A DNA stretch of 64,000 bases from Vicugna vicugna (lineage: Eukaryota): contig MU058557.1 in NCBI GenBank assembly GCA_013265495.1, forward strand, positions 62,001-126,000. Reading direction: 5' to 3'. Below the pieces are notes generated by a model that saw only the letters and a list, made by a program, of their open reading frames with translations, made no database searches and was not told where the DNA came from. Each line of letters opens with the position of its first letter. Within the stretch, counting starts at the first letter, position 1. Position numbers and translations under genes: made by a program. Positions 11,601-26,337 of the stretch are shown here, piece by piece.

Positions 11601-14600
11601 ACCTCGAGAACCTCTGTCCGGCCTGCCCTCAGCCCCTGGTGCGGCCCAGCCTGCAGGGCCTCCCCAGCAGGACTCGCTCTGCCACTGGGGCCCCTGCGAG
11701 CAGACACGGCTGCCCCATCCCAGCCCCACCACCAGGCTGGATCCTCCGCAGCACCCCGCCTGAGGTGCTCTGGCTGGGGTGTCTTTTTCTTCATTCGCTG
11801 GTGAGACGGCGGTTACCTTGTTTTCGCCACAAATTAGGCCTCTCCTGCTTCAGGCCTGAGAGGCAGCGTGTTGTGGCATCCTGTCCCTCCTCTGCCCGGG
11901 GCCACCAGCTAAAGAGCCTCGAGAGGGCAGACGACGCGGCAGCCGTCCTAGAGTGGGCGGGGGTGCTGGGGCTCTCGTTCATGGCTTATCAGTTGCTGGA
12001 TCTCCATTGCGTCACCGGACAGAAAGGTCGGCGTGTGCGGCTGTAGGTGTTACCTGAGATGAGTGGTTTCCATTCAGCTGAGCTGCTTACCACTACGAGG
12101 CAATTTTCCTACAGAAAACATGAATGTGCTTTGGAACAGAAGAAGGAGGGAGGGGCAGGAGTTCTGACGCTTTTTTTCATCTTGAGTGACTGAGCCGTGT
12201 CTCTGGTGTGATGAGACCCGGCCTGGTGGTCCCCACAAGCGAGTGGGGTGTGTCTGACCCACCGCTCCAGGAGGAGGGAAGGGGACACGGAGGTCCCTGG
12301 CTCCAGGGAAGGAGACAAGCCCCCAGGCCCCAAAGGACAGGTACCCGGCTCCCGTGGCCAGCCCGCAGTACACAACTGTCATGGGAACCAGTTCTGGACC
12401 AGGGCAGCTGAGTGTCCCACACTGGGAGCTTCTGAGAGGGGCTTCCCCACCAGTAGGTGAGCCCCTGTCCTCTCTTTCTGGGATTTAGAAGCTGTTCTTG
12501 AGATGACATGAGGCTTGGTGCTGCCGTAGCCCCTTGGACCAACTTGGGGGAGTGTAGCCAACCCTCCAAGATGGGAAATAAAGTCAGACAGAGCCTGGGT
12601 CCTGCATGACATGGCCAGCTCACGGACGCTACCCTGGGAGGACTTCAGCTCCGAGCAGGATAAGGAATGTCACCTTCACCTGGAAACATGCTACTGGCGA
12701 GCTCTCTGGGGGATGTTCTCAGCTGGGGCTTTCTGAGAACCGACAGGCAGAGCCCAGCAGTCCAGGGGCACAGGGCTGGGGCCCAAGACACTCCTGGGGG
12801 CACATAGACCCTGGAGGGGCCAGCTCCCCAGGCACTTGGAGACGGGGGCTGCTTAAGCTTGAGGAGAGTGAGTCCCGCTCTGGGATGCTGGCCTGGATCG
12901 CCAACCACAAACGCGGTTACTGTATCCAGGTCTTCTCCTCTGACCCTCCACCAGCTCTCCATCCGCAGTGGTCTGGGGGTCTCGGGGAAGGATGTGGCCT
13001 GGGAGGAGAATGGCTGCAGGGCAGAAAGTCCCCTCGTGATGGCACAGGGAGGCTAGACCTGCAGGAAGGGCACAGCACCTGGAAACACCCTTCCCGGAAC
13101 CATGACCCACACTGCGCAGGCCCTGCCCACCGCCCCTCCCCCTCCCTGCCAAACCTCCCTAGGTACTTGGGCCACATCTGGTGTCCACTCTCCTGCCCAC
13201 TCACTAGTGCATTCACTCAAGAGGAGTGTCACCCCCAATCTACAGACACTGTTCTGTCCAGTCGACAGGGCATCCTTGCTGACCTGACAGGTGACTCTGC
13301 TCACCCGGCGCTGGACACCACCCCCTCCTCCTGTCAGCTGCCCACTCCCCACCCCTCCGGCCGCTCTGCTGACCCCTTCCCTGTCTCACCGGGAGTCTAG
13401 GGGGTTGGGTCTCAACCTGTTGCTTCCTTGCTCTGGGGCCCCTCCCGCCCCAGGCCCTCTTCTGAGATGGACACACACACACACATGTCCAGTAGTCACC
13501 TCCACGTGGGTGCCTCACACGAAATGAAATTCCCAGTTCCCCCAGAACTCCTGTGTGACCTCCCCCCCTGCAGTCCTCCCGTCTAAGGAAACGTGCCCAT
13601 ATGGTGGCTCAGGCCTGAGGTCCTCCCCATCACCTCCTTGACCTTCCCCCACACCCACTGGGTCCCCAAGCCCCGCAGCCCACCTCCCTGAGCCTCTCCA
13701 TGCCCCGCTGACTTTCTCGCCCGCAGTGCTGAGCTGGCTGAGGGCCACCAGTGTCCCCGCATGGTGACCTCCTCCAGCGCCGCTCCAACCTCACTACTCC
13801 CCACTTGGGACAGAACTGGCAGGGTCCCAAACCCGAGCCCCTGTCCCACCACCTCATGGCCCCTTGCCCACCAGGATCCTTTCAGGCCTCTCCCACCCCA
13901 GGCTACTCCAACCCCATCTCAGGAAGGCCTCCCAGCCCAGACGCCTCCCTGCAGGTACCCCTACAGTCTGGCGGCCCCGTGCGCCCGCCTCCCATGTGCT
14001 CAGGGATGGTCTCTGCCTGGGCTTAGCAGGGCATGGGCACTCCATCAGGGCCTGTGAGCTCATGAATGAAGTGATGACGGACAAGGGGCCAACTGGCCGT
14101 CTTCAGTGTAACATCTGACCACTGTGGGCGCCTATGGAAGTCAGGAAGGGAAGGCTGGAATGCGGCAGGCCCCCATCCTGTTCCCAAGGCAAACCCAGGG
14201 GCAGACACCTCAGGCCAAGACCAGACAATGGCTCTGGTCATGAAAACCGCAGGTGCTGGCCCGGGGTCTCATTCAGACACCCTCAGAGACAGTCGGGGAC
14301 ACACGGACCATTAAACCGAGTCAGGACCAGTGTCCCTGGCACCACGAGGCCAGGGAGGCCAGTGGAGGCGAAGGTGGCAGGCAATGACCCGCACTGAAGC
14401 CCAGGAGGACTGGGGTGAGCCTGGGGTCTCATGAGACCCTGAGGTTTTCTTCTCCGCCTGGGAGTAAGCTAAGCCGGATGATGCCAGTTCCCACTTCTGT
14501 CACCTGACTGGAGCCTTGAAGCAAAGCCCACCCCAGAGCACTGTTCCCCATCACCAGTCCGCGACGCGAGGCCAGTAAGGGGTTCCTCCAGGAACAGGCG

Positions 14601-14869
14601 GGAGCCCAAAACAGGCTGTCAGGAGAGGAGTCAGGAACCTAGAACTGGTCCGACTCCGCTCTTCCACACATACTCCCTGCCGTCCCCGATAGGGCAGCAG
14701 AGACCAGGAGGGGACTGGATGGGCCGGCACTAGCCTTAGGGGGAGAAGGCCTCACCAACTGCCCCACCCCCAACCCACAGCCTGGCCCACTGACCCAGTG
14801 GCCTCACAGCCCCTGGGCCTTCCCAGGGCGACTCCCACCGAACCCTCGGGCCCTCCCACCGCCCACCTG

Positions 14870-15350
14870 CCTGGTCTCCGCGCGCGCATAGAGGAGGCTG
14901 GATGGCTCACTGAGGGCGTGGTCAGAGGGCGGGACCACCGGGCGGTTTCGGGGCAAAGGCAGGTCTGTTGCCACGGCAGTCCCTGCGCACCCAAAGACAG
15001 CCGCCCAGAGGCCACCTGCTTGGGAGGCAAGTGACTCCCGAAGGCCAGACTCCAAATGGCGGCAAGGGGGTCGGGGCAGGGAGGAGCGCCGCCTGCTCAC
15101 GGAGGCCACGCCCTGAACTGCGGCCGTTTGCAAGACGGGGGCTCAGAAGGGACCCTTTTGGGAGCGTCTGGCTCTGGGCACGTTCGGGCGGCAGGGGCAC
15201 TGGGCGCTGCCATCGGGCAATGCAGGCACGCGCCTGGATCGCCGCGGGGCTCCGGCGGAGGGTGGGGCGGATCCGCGCGACAGCGCCCCCTGTCGAGATG
15301 TGCGTGACCACCGCCCAGACAGCCTCGTCCACAGCCTTCCAAGGCCCGAG
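14870..15350 (-). promoter_or_regulatory. CpG-rich segment with clustered minus-strand CTCF-like motifs
   Basis: Minus-strand TCGACAGGGGGCGCTG (15296-15281), GTGAGCAGGCGGCGCT (~15100-15085) and CCAAGCAGGTGGCC (~15023-15010). Confidence 0.55.
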
Positions 15351-16407
15351 GTAAAGGGCCCCTCCCCAGAGGCTACCGAGACCTCCTGAGCCTGCAGAGT
15401 GCCCAGGTCACACCACAAGTGAAGGCGTCCAGGTGGAGATCAGGGTAGAGCCCTGCAGGTGGACTTAAGCGCTGTGCGCTCTCGCGACAAGGCATCCTCT
15501 CTGCTACTCCAGGGCCCCACGCTGCCTGCGCCCCTGCTGCTGCTGGCGCCATGGGCCTCTGGGCCAGGCTCCACGCTCCTGACCTGCCGCTGCACCGTCC
15601 ACGGGGAGCAAAGCCTCTGCCTGGTCCCATGTGGCTTCCAACTGTCCTGGGCTGGGGGAGCCCGCGGTCACTGGAGAAGAGCCAGGGGCCTGAGACACTT
15701 ACGGGTCTGAGGTGTGGAGCCAGCGCATCCCTGGGGTGAGGGATGGGTTGCGGTATTCCAGGAAGAGCGAAGTTAAGGGTTACGGTACCTCTGGAGGTGG
15801 GGACAGTGAGGTTGGAGGGACCGTGTCTTTGGGTCGGATCAGCAATGGTCCTCCACCCAGGAGCTCCAGAGAGCGGCCTGGGGAGGAGGTCCTGAAAGTG
15901 GTCTGGCCTAGCACCCCCACTGTCACGCACTCACATCCGGCCCCTCCCACCTCCCTCCCCAGCTGTCAGACTGGACGCATCAAACAGGCAGAGCAGTGGC
16001 ACGTTCCATACAAAACTGTAAACACGGGTCTTTAAAATGACAGAGGCCTCCTTGGCCCCAAACTCTGAGCCAGAGGCCCCCACCGAGGGACCCCCAAGGG
16101 ACCAGACCTCCGCCCACTCTGTCCTCCCTTCCCACCCAGGCCCCCAGTAGGCAGGGGCGGGGCCCTTCTGCCCTGGCTTAGGCCGCACACAGCTGCCCAC
16201 ACGCTGGGGCGGGCTGGAGGAGGCTGAGGTCCGTGGTCCGAGGGATTCCTGAGATGAAGAGGCCGCGGGGGGGGCCCACCAGGGACTGGCGCTCACTACA
16301 CCCGGCCCCTTGGGGAGCCCCCGCCCCCACCCCATCCCATGCAAAGCGCGCACCTGCCGCCACGCGTCTCAACGCCCCGAGGTTCCGCGGGGGCCGCGAG
16401 GGCCCTG

Positions 16408-17445
<1,038 letters not shown>

Positions 17446-19479
17446 TCAGCCCTCGGGCATGGCGCGGGGCCTGTCCAGCCGCCCAGCTCGGAACCTGAGG
17501 AGATCAGAGCAGAGTCAGAATGCGGAGGGGGCAGCCTCCCCCACCCCCGCAACGTGCTTCCTGCGAGGGGCGCTGTCCCCACCCTGGGCCCGAGGCCTCT
17601 GCCGCACGCAGGCGCCGATGCGCCCACTAGGGACCGCAAGCCGGAGCGGGGCCTCCAGGGGGCGCTGGAGCCCCACCTGAGACCCAAGACCTCATTCCCG
17701 CCACCGCCAGGGAGGAAATGGAACGGAAGTGGCTTCCTGCCGCCGCGCGTGTCCCCGAGGCCCCGGTGGTTTGTCCCTGCTGGGCCCACGCCGCCGTCTC
17801 TCCGGCTCTGGTGGCCTGGGCCCCGCGCCCGGGGTTCTGGCCCGAGGCCACTCCCGCGGGAGCTCGGGCGTCCTCTCTCCCGGCGCCGCACTGGGTGGGG
17901 AGGCGGGCCGGCGCCCTTCGCTCTGCGCGCTCAGGGCAGGCTGGAGGCAGCGAACAAGTCCCAGACCGGGAGCCAGGGCCCTGGACAGGTTTTCTGATCC
18001 AGGACTGAGAGTCAGCCAAGTCCTGAGGATTCCATCCCATCAGCCTCTCCGTGCCTCCCTACCCCTGCCTCGCAGCCCCAGCCTCTTTCCTCCCTGCCCC
18101 AGCCGACTCAGTCTCCCCCACGGTCCACTGTCCACAGGGCGTGTGGACCATTCTCAGCCCTGCTCCCACAGTGGCTCCCTCTTGCCCTGGGAGGCCTCTG
18201 TCCTGGCAGCGGCCCCTGCCATGTACATCCCCCCGCACCCAAGCCAGCTCACCCACGCTGCGCTGCTCGTGGCGGAGGGGTGGTCCCTCTGCCGCTCCCT
18301 CCCCATGCACCTCTGGGGCAATCTCAGGAAGCCTGCCTTCTGCTAACGTCCAGCTGGGCCTGCTTCGTGTTCCGCAGGCCCCTGCACCTCTCTCACACCC
18401 GGGGCACTGGTTGTCATGGCTGTGCTGGTCAGAGTCTCACACCAGACTCTGGGTCCCCACACCTGCGCCCGTTCACACCCAGGGGGATGATGGAGGCTCC
18501 ACGACCTCGCCCACCGGAAAGTCAGGTGCAGGCTCACTCCCAGCCAGGCTCCCCACCTCTCCGGCCCCTCCCACAACACTCCTGGCCCCTAGGCTCTGTT
18601 TACTGCCCTGTCTAGACAAGGACATAAAATTTAATGTTGCCCGTGACTGTGGAGTGGGTGTTCGGCCTACCCCTGGTGACATCGCAGCCCCCACTGCCTG
18701 GGGAAGGAGGCCCCCTTCCAAGAGGGGGCTCCCACCCCAAGCCTCATTGTTGCTGCTACCTCACCCAGCACCGCCTTCCAGGGTCCCTGCTGCCACACCC
18801 AGGACCCCTCAACCACTCTGAGCCCGGACACGTGGAGCAGAAAGTGCCTTGGAAGGGCCGTCAGCCTATTCCCCGGGCCTCCTCACTTCCAGGAGCCCCT
18901 GCTCCCCCCACCACACACACATACCCCGTTTTCGCCCCCACTGGGAGGACACGCTTGACCCACGAAGCCCCCGACGCCGGCACCTGGGCTTCCTGTGGCT
19001 GCAGCAGCGGCCTGGGAATTTCCTTCATCCCAGCACTCCGCCAGGGCAACTAGCCAAATAACCCCTGCACCACCAGCCCTTCCCTCCTCACCCACTCCAC
19101 GGCGTTTGCACTCCCTCAGTCACTCATCAAACATGGGCAGAAGGCTAAGGATGCAGGCACAGACTCCATCCCGATGGGAGCTCACAGAGGGAGCCCCAGC
19201 CCCTGGCCCCCAGGAAGCCAGAGCCAGGGCCTGACCACCCCTCCCCCACGCCCTGCCCAGGCCTCTCCCTGGGGACTGGCCCCAGGCCCTGTTGCCCTGG
19301 CCATCGTGTGCCCGCCCTGGTGCCCCTGCATGCCTCACTGCCTGGTCCTCACAGACTCTGGAGCCTCCGGGCCCCTCACAGCCCGCCTCTTCCCCGGCGC
19401 CTTGCACGCCCCCCCTACCCCAACCACACCTCAGTGCCCACAAGGGGTGGCAGGGGGCGAGGAAGGGAGCGCCCTCCGT

Positions 19480-20190
19480 CAGCTCGATTGGACAGAGGGC
19501 GGCGACGGGGTTGGGCCACTCCCGCAGGCTGTATCTCCGCTCCTCTGCCCCCACCGCCCTCTCCCCCGACAGGGCCTGGTCCCGGCCCTCCCTCCTCCCA
19601 GGCCTCACCCCTGCAGCGCCGCCCCTGCATCCCATCGCGCCTGTGGTCGGGGGTCACCGGGCGCCCCCGGCCCGCGCGCCCTGCTCGCACCTACCTGCCG
19701 CGGGCCAGATGCTGCGCTGCGCTGCGCCGGGGCCGGCCCCGCGGAGCCTGTCTGTGCGCGGAACAGAGGCCGCGCTCCTCTCGGCTCGGCTGCGCCCCCT
19801 GCCCGCGCGCCCGCGCGCCCCGCCCCCGGCTCCAGGCCCCGCCCCGCGCTCCCCGCCCCCTGCCCCTGCCAGACCGGGACTGGGGTCCCCGCGCCCCCGC
19901 CCCCTCCGCAGCGCTGGTTACCACGGCGACAGCACTGCGCAGCAGCGGCGCCCTGGAGGGATGGCGCTGGGAAGCCGAGTCCACGCAGGCCTCAGGAAGT
20001 GTCCTCTCCACTCTCCTCACCGCACCCGGAGATTCGCGTAACAGGCGCCTCAGTTCTGCTCACAGCCTGAAATTCCGCGGCAGCCCTCACCCCGGCCGCA
20101 AGCCAGGGTAACCCCAATTGCCTGCGACAGGGGGCCTGCGGGACCCCGTGCCCTACCCGCGGAGCTAGCCCCGACGTGGCGGCCGGGCTG
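19480..20190 (-). promoter_or_regulatory. TMEM121: TMEM121 CpG-island promoter and non-coding exon 1
   Basis: CpG-dense island with several GC boxes (CCCCGCCCC, ~19817-19860). Donor CAG|GTAGGT ends the exon at 19695. X-box-like GTTACCACGGCGAC at 19917-19930. The TSS is not resolvable from sequence. Confidence 0.7.
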
Positions 20191-21364
20191 ACCACCCACT
20201 ATCTGCAGGTGGCCCCACTGGCCCTTGTTTAGGGACATTGTGCCACGTCCCAGAGAGCCTTGCGTCCTGGATTTCTCCAGCCTTCTCGGGTTTTTTCTGG
20301 GAACTGAGAACGGAGAACAGGGACAGTGGGCTGCCCTCATCCTCTTTTCCAAACGTCCAGGGGGCACGCTAGGCTTCAGAGGCCCTGGCTTCTTTCCCCA
20401 AACACTGTCCTCACTGAGCACCCCCAACATCCCAGCCGTGTCCACTCCAGCATGGAGGAGGGGAGGAGCGGACTGGTTTCCTGCCTGCGGGCCTCTGACA
20501 GAGGAGCAGACCAGGTCAAAGAGGTGAAGGGACACCCCGGGTCCCAGTCACGCCTGGTGTGCTTGCACTGGGGCCCCGAGTAGGTGCCTGGGTCCACACA
20601 GGTGGTGGAGTCTGTGCCGGTGCTTGGGTCCCGGGTCTGTGCAGGTGGCCGGACCTGGTGCTGTCTGTCAGCACTGGGGGTCAGGCATACATGGAGACCA
20701 GTGGGAAGTGAGGACAAGTTGCCCCGGGGCATAGGGGAGGCGCCCAGGTGCTCTTGGGCTGAGCCCTCAGGCAGGTGGATGGGGGAGGGGTGCCAGCCCC
20801 CACAGCCACTCACACACTTGCTCTCCCTGGAGGAAGCACAGTCAGGATCCCAAAGCTGTTTCTGTGCCCAGATCCCACAGGGATGGTTCACCTTCCCCAG
20901 GTAGGCCTTCAGATGCCTCCCTGCCTCCAGGGACAAAGGGTGTAACAGCATAGATGGAGGAGGTAGAGGAGACCCAGGGCTCCGTCTGGTCAGTGGGCAC
21001 CGCCAGCCACCACCCGGCAGACCCACCCTGGCAGGTCTGGGAGGCAGATGCAGGCCAAAAGCAGCTCCAGGGTCCCCTGTGCCCGCATGGCCACCCACTC
21101 CCTCCCCTCTCCACTCTCTGGGAGGGACTGCCCCCCAGCCACCCGGCCCTTCTCTGCTGCCTCTCTCCCTCTGCCTCCCACACCTCTCCCAAGTGCTGCT
21201 CCAAAAACCCGCTCTTTAACCCAAAACCTGTGTGCCTGAGCCAGTGCTCTGCATTCACACACACCCCTAAACACCCAGCCCTGGTTCTCGCCTCTGACCC
21301 TGCTGTCTGTGTGTCCGACGCCAGGGCCGGGCCCAGAACACCTGGGACACATACCGGGCCCCCT

Positions 21365-21705
21365 CTGGAGAGTGTGATTCAGTTAATGGCATTATGACAG
21401 GGGATCACCCCAGATTATCAGATGGGCCCACTGTCATCATGCGTGGCCTTACTGGACAGGGACAGAGGTATGAGAGTCGGAGATATTTAAGATGCTGCGC
21501 CCTGACTTGGAGGGAGTGGCCAGCAGCCAAGAAACACAGGTGCCTCTAAAAGCTGGAAAAGCTGAGGAAATGAATTGTGCCCTAGAGTTTCCAGAAGGAA
21601 CCAGCCTGAATTTTAGCCCAATGAGATTGCAGAACTGTGAGACTGGAAACGTGTTGCCTTCATTTGTGGCACCTTGTTACAGCAGCAGTCAGTCACTAAT
21701 ACAAT
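21365..21705 (+). mobile_element. MaLR (MLT1-type) LTR
   Basis: GATTATC..GGGCCCA..GCCTCTAAAAGCTGGAAAA..CCCTAGAG..CCAGAAGGAA..CAGAACTGTGAGA..TGTTACAGCAGCA..ACTAATACA. Confidence 0.7.
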
Positions 21706-22101
21706 AGCTGACCTAAAATCAGTCTTAGAGGCAGAGTTTGCTGTAGCAAGCTTGCTACAGGATGCACTCTGGGCAAAGAGAAGGATCCCACATGAGTTCA
21801 GGGAGGCGAGAAGCAAAACAGAGTGCAGGACATGGCAAATATGTGGGGAAATCTGCACGAACACAGACTGTGTGATAGTCATGAAATGTTTAGGGACGAA
21901 AATGTTTTAGAAGACGTGAACTAAAAATGCAAACCAGCAATAGCCCATAAAGCAAGAGTGAAATGGAGAGGAGGGTTCTGATTAACGCTGGACAGGCAAG
22001 GAAGCACCTGTAACTTCCAACTGCAGCACCGAAGGGATACATGGATTGTTAAGTTGCAAACATGTAGGAAGAAACTAATGGAGTTTTTTAAGAATCAATC
22101 C

Positions 22102-22281
22102 TGGGAGGGGGAGGGTATAACCCTAACCCTAACCCTAGCTAGTGGGCAAGGGTGTAGCTCAGCGGTAGAGTGCCTGCTTAGCATGCACATGGTCCTGGGT
22201 TCAATCCCCAGTACCTCCACCAAGAAATAAACAAACAAACCAACAAACCTAATTACTTTCGCCACCACCACCCCCAAAAAA
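22102..22281 (+). mobile_element. Composite SINE: truncated head containing (TAACCC)3, followed by a full Vic-1-like SINE
   Basis: Full SINE starts at ~22144. An imperfect TSD, AAGAATCA(A)TCC at 22090 and 22280, flanks the whole unit. Confidence 0.85.
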
Positions 22282-22439
22282 GAATCATCCCAAAAGACAA
22301 GAAAAGAGAGAAAATAGAGCAGCTGCAGAAGTTGGAAAACTTCTAAAGACGGCAGATTTAAACGCTAATACATCAGCAATTACGTTAGATGCAAATGGAC
22401 TTTAATGCCCCCATTGAAAGACCAAGAGGATTGGTCTGA

Positions 22440-22596
22440 TTTTTTTTTAATGTCTACTTTTTGTTTATTTTTTCAGGGGGAGTTAATTAGGTTTATTTAT
22501 TTTTATTTCTTTATTTTTTAAGGGAGGTACTGGGGATTGAACCTAGGACTTCGTGCGTGCTAAGCATGTGCTCTGCCACTGAGCTATACCCTCCCC
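22440..22596 (-). mobile_element. tRNA-derived SINE (Vic-1-like)
   Basis: Reverse-complement head CTGAGCTATACCCTCCCC, with a TCTGATT TSD on both sides. Confidence 0.88.
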
Positions 22597-22860
22597 TCTG
22601 ATTATTTTTTTTTTAATCAAAATAGATACTGTTTACAAGAACACGTGGGAATGACAACAGAGTAGACAGGGAAACGATAGGAAGAGATCAGGCACTTACC
22701 CACCGAAGGAAGGTGGCGTGCAGATGACTGCGGGGGTCTCTGTGTGAGCACTACTCACCTGGGAGACCGTCCTGTTCCCCAGCGACTGGTGATGAAGGGC
22801 CGGATGAACTGTCATGGTGCCTGGAGTTTACCTCCAAACGGTCCAGAATAAAATGTACAA

Positions 22861-22985
22861 GGGGGAGGGTAGAGCTCAGAGGTAGAGCACATGCTTAGCA
22901 TGCATGAAGTCCTGGGTTCAATCCCTAGCACCTCCATTAAAATAAATACATACAGAAATAAATATCTCCGCACCCCCCAAAAAAA
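22861..22985 (+). mobile_element. tRNA-derived SINE (Vic-1-like)
   Basis: GGGGGAGGGTAGAGCTCAGAGGTAGAG...GGTTCAATCCCTAGCACC followed by the family tail. Confidence 0.88.
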
Positions 22986-23849
22986 TTTTTAAGTACACTT
23001 AAGCACACACACTTCCATAAGGATAATCCAAATGCAGTAAGACAGGGAGAGTGGCTGAATCGAGACCAAGGATTTGTATTTGCTCACTGTGTTTCTCTTT
23101 TACGTCTCTTTGGTCCCCTTTTGTGAGGTGAAGTAAACATGGCCGATGCAGGCAGTCCCACCCAGGCTGCGGTCAAGGCAGCGGGTTCACAAGCACCATT
23201 TTAAGGAGAGGACCTTCTCTCCCTCTGGTGAGAGGAGGCATGGTCCCAGGAGGCAGGACCCTCTTGTTTTGCGGGGCGGAGAGAGCCAGGCCCTGCTCTG
23301 TCTCAAGATGCAGGGACAGTCACAGGGAGTGTGCAGAAGATGGGGTGACTAAGACCCCAGACGTCCACCTTGGGGCTGGAAGGGGGAGCCCCCTGGAGCC
23401 AGAAAGTAACGGAGATGTGATGGAGGGGAGGCTGCAGCAGCAAGCAACACGTGAGGTTGCTGGTGACTTGTGGGCTCAACCCCCGCTCTGTGTGCCTGGG
23501 TCCGATCCCAGTCGTCACACCCAGCCTGAAAACTGAACTACAGGACACAGCGCTGCCCGAGTCCCCCGCTGGCCCCTGGGCCGCGCCCGCACAAGACAGA
23601 TCCAAACAACACTGCAAAAACAACGGACGCTGAAACCGCTGCCCACAGAAGGCGACTTGGAGTTCGCAGCCTGAACGCAGCAGGGTTGACTGCGCACTGA
23701 AACAAAAATACTGCCGTCTCAGTGGGATTTAAACAAGACCAGATGTTCATAACGTAATGTCCGAATGTGCAGGACACAATCCGAAATGACTCTGCCTGTG
23801 AAGAACCAGGAAAATCCAACCCACAAGGGAAAAGACCAACAGCCACCCA

Positions 23850-24975
23850 GGCCACAGTGATGCAAAAATCCTCAGCGAAGTACCAGCAGAGAGAACTGAG
23901 CAACATAAAAAACAAAATCAAAGGAGTACCACAACCACACGGAGGTCATCACAGGAGAACAAGGCTGGCTCGGCATGTGAAAATAAATCAGTGTGACCTA
24001 CCATCCTAGCAGTCTAAAGAAAAAACCATGTGATCATACCAATTCATGCAGAGAAAAAGGTTGACAGAATTCAGTATCCATCCATGATAAACACTCTCAG
24101 CAAACTAGAAATAGGAGACATTTTACTTAATAAAGGGCATCTTCAAAACAAAACAAAACAGAACGACAGCCAACGTGAAAAGACAAGGCGCTTTGCCCTA
24201 AGATCAGAAATAAGGCAGAGATATCCCCCAGTCCACCACTATTCACTATCGTGCCTGCAGTCCTAGCCAGGGCAATAAAGCAAGAAAAATAAACAAATGA
24301 CATACAGAATAGAAGGAAGAAATAGACTCTCTCTATTCAGAGATGACACGAAAGTCTATGTAGAAAATCCCAAAAATTCTACAAAAAACAAAAAATATCC
24401 GCGTGCTAGTAAGTGAGGTTAGCAAGGTTGCAGGATACAAGGTCAAAACCACCTCAATCCTGCCTCTGCTGAAAGCAAACAATGGAAAATTAAAATTTTT
24501 AAAGCCATAACATTTACTTTAGCTCACTCCAAAATTAAATACTTTGGAATAAGTCTGACAAAGCATGTACAGGATTTGCATGCTGAAAACTGCAAAACAC
24601 TGATGAGAGAAAGCAAGTCCTAAATAAATGGAGAGGAAAATTGTGTTCGTGAGATGGAAGATTCAGTGTGGTTAAGATGCCAGTTCTCCTCCAAAATGAC
24701 CCACAGATTCAATGCAATACCAATCGAAATCCGTGGACAAAATGTTATAGACATAGACAAGCTGATTCTAAAGTTTACGTAGAAATGTGAAGGAACCACA
24801 ATGGGCAAAACAACTCTGGAGAAGAAGGGGAAAGTTGGAGGACTCTCACGAACCAAGTTTAAGACTTACTGTAAAGATGAAGTAACCAAAACTGCCTGTA
24901 ATGGCAAAGAGACAGATCAATGGGACAAAATGAGGTGTGGAATTAAACACACACCAACGTGGCCAATTGATTTTT
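23850..24975 (+). mobile_element. Degenerate L1 ORF2 fragments
   Basis: RT-region peptides (MIIPIHAEKKVDRIQYPSMINTLSKL; LFRDD..VYVENPK) in A-rich sequence with many stops. Confidence 0.8.
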
Positions 24976-26165
24976 TAACAGCTTTATTATGATACAGTCA
25001 CATACCGTACAATTCACACATTTGAAGTTTACAATTCAATGGTGTTTAGAATATTCACGCACATCATAATCCTAGAGCATGTTCATCACCCTAGAGATAA
25101 GCCCCCGGCTCACTGGCAGTCACTCTCCAGTCCTTTCCCGCTTTCCCCAGCCTCTGGTAACCAGCAACCTCCTTCCTGACCCTGCGGATTTTCCTCTCGG
25201 GCACTTCATACAAACAGAACCATACAACATGGGGGCTTGTGACTTCCTTCTTTTACTAAGCAAGAAGCATTCAAGATTCATCCATGTTGGAGTATGTGCT
25301 ACTATTTTATTCTTTCTTACTGCCAAATAACATTCCATTATTTATTCCAGTATTCATTTTATTATCTATTCATCAGTGGATAGACATTCAGGTTGTTCCC
25401 ACTTTTCGGCTGTAATGAATAATGCTTCAGTGAATACTTTGTGCAAATTTATATGTGGACACGTTTTCATTTCTCTTGAGGATGATACCCAGGGATGGAA
25501 TTGCTGGGTATATGTAACTCCATGTTTAACATTTTGAGGAACTACCAACTGTTTTGCTGACCATGTTCCATTCCCACCAGCAACGTATAACAGTTCCAGT
25601 TGCTTCACATGCTCGCCAGCAATTGTTACTGTCAGGATGCCGTAGCCATCCCCGTGAGTGAAGGGGCACTTATCTCACTGTGGTTGGAGTTTCAGCTTGT
25701 GTCTCCCCTGCGGCTGATGACGCTGGGCATCTTTTCATGTGCTTATTGATCAAGTGTGCATCCTCTTTGGAGAAATGTCTGCTCAAGTCCTTTGCATGCT
25801 TTTCCATTGAGTTATTGCCTTTTTACTGTTGAGCTGTAGGAATGAGTTCTGTTTATATTTTGGATACAAGTCTCTTACCAGAGACATGGAAGTTGCAAAA
25901 TTTTTCTCCAATTCTGTGAGTTCTCTTTTCAGCTGTTGTGATGGTCTCTTCTGAAGCATAAAAACTTCTGATGAAATCCAGTTTATCTACCTCATCTTTT
26001 GTTGCCTGTGCTTTTGGCATCAGATCTAAGAAGGTTGTGCCTAACCCTAGGTCATAAGAATTTTCCCCTATGTTTTCTTCCAAGAGTTTCATAGGTTTAG
26101 GCTTTAGATTTAGGTCTATGATCCACTTTTAGCTAAATTTAATGTATGCCATAAGGAAGGGATCT
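24976..26165 (-). mobile_element. L1 3' portion, antisense
   Basis: Minus-strand peptides KLLEENIGENSYDLGLG..PKAQATK..DKLDFI and TWMNLE, plus L1 3' UTR. Confidence 0.8.
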
Positions 26166-26337
26166 GTTGTGGGTTAAATAATGACCCAGAAGAGATATGC
26201 TGAAGTCCTGCTCCCAACACCTCTCCTGGAAATAGTCTCTGCAGATGCACTCAACCCAAATGGAGGTCATACTGGATTGGGGTGGGCACTAAATCCAAGG
26301 GCTAGCATCCTTACAAAGAAAGAGAGATTTGGGGAGG

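Noticed and set aside
1..16000. Ig constant exons, switch repeats, RSS or hs1.2/hs4 enhancers
   Set aside because: None is recognisable; if the IGH locus is adjacent, these lie outside the window.
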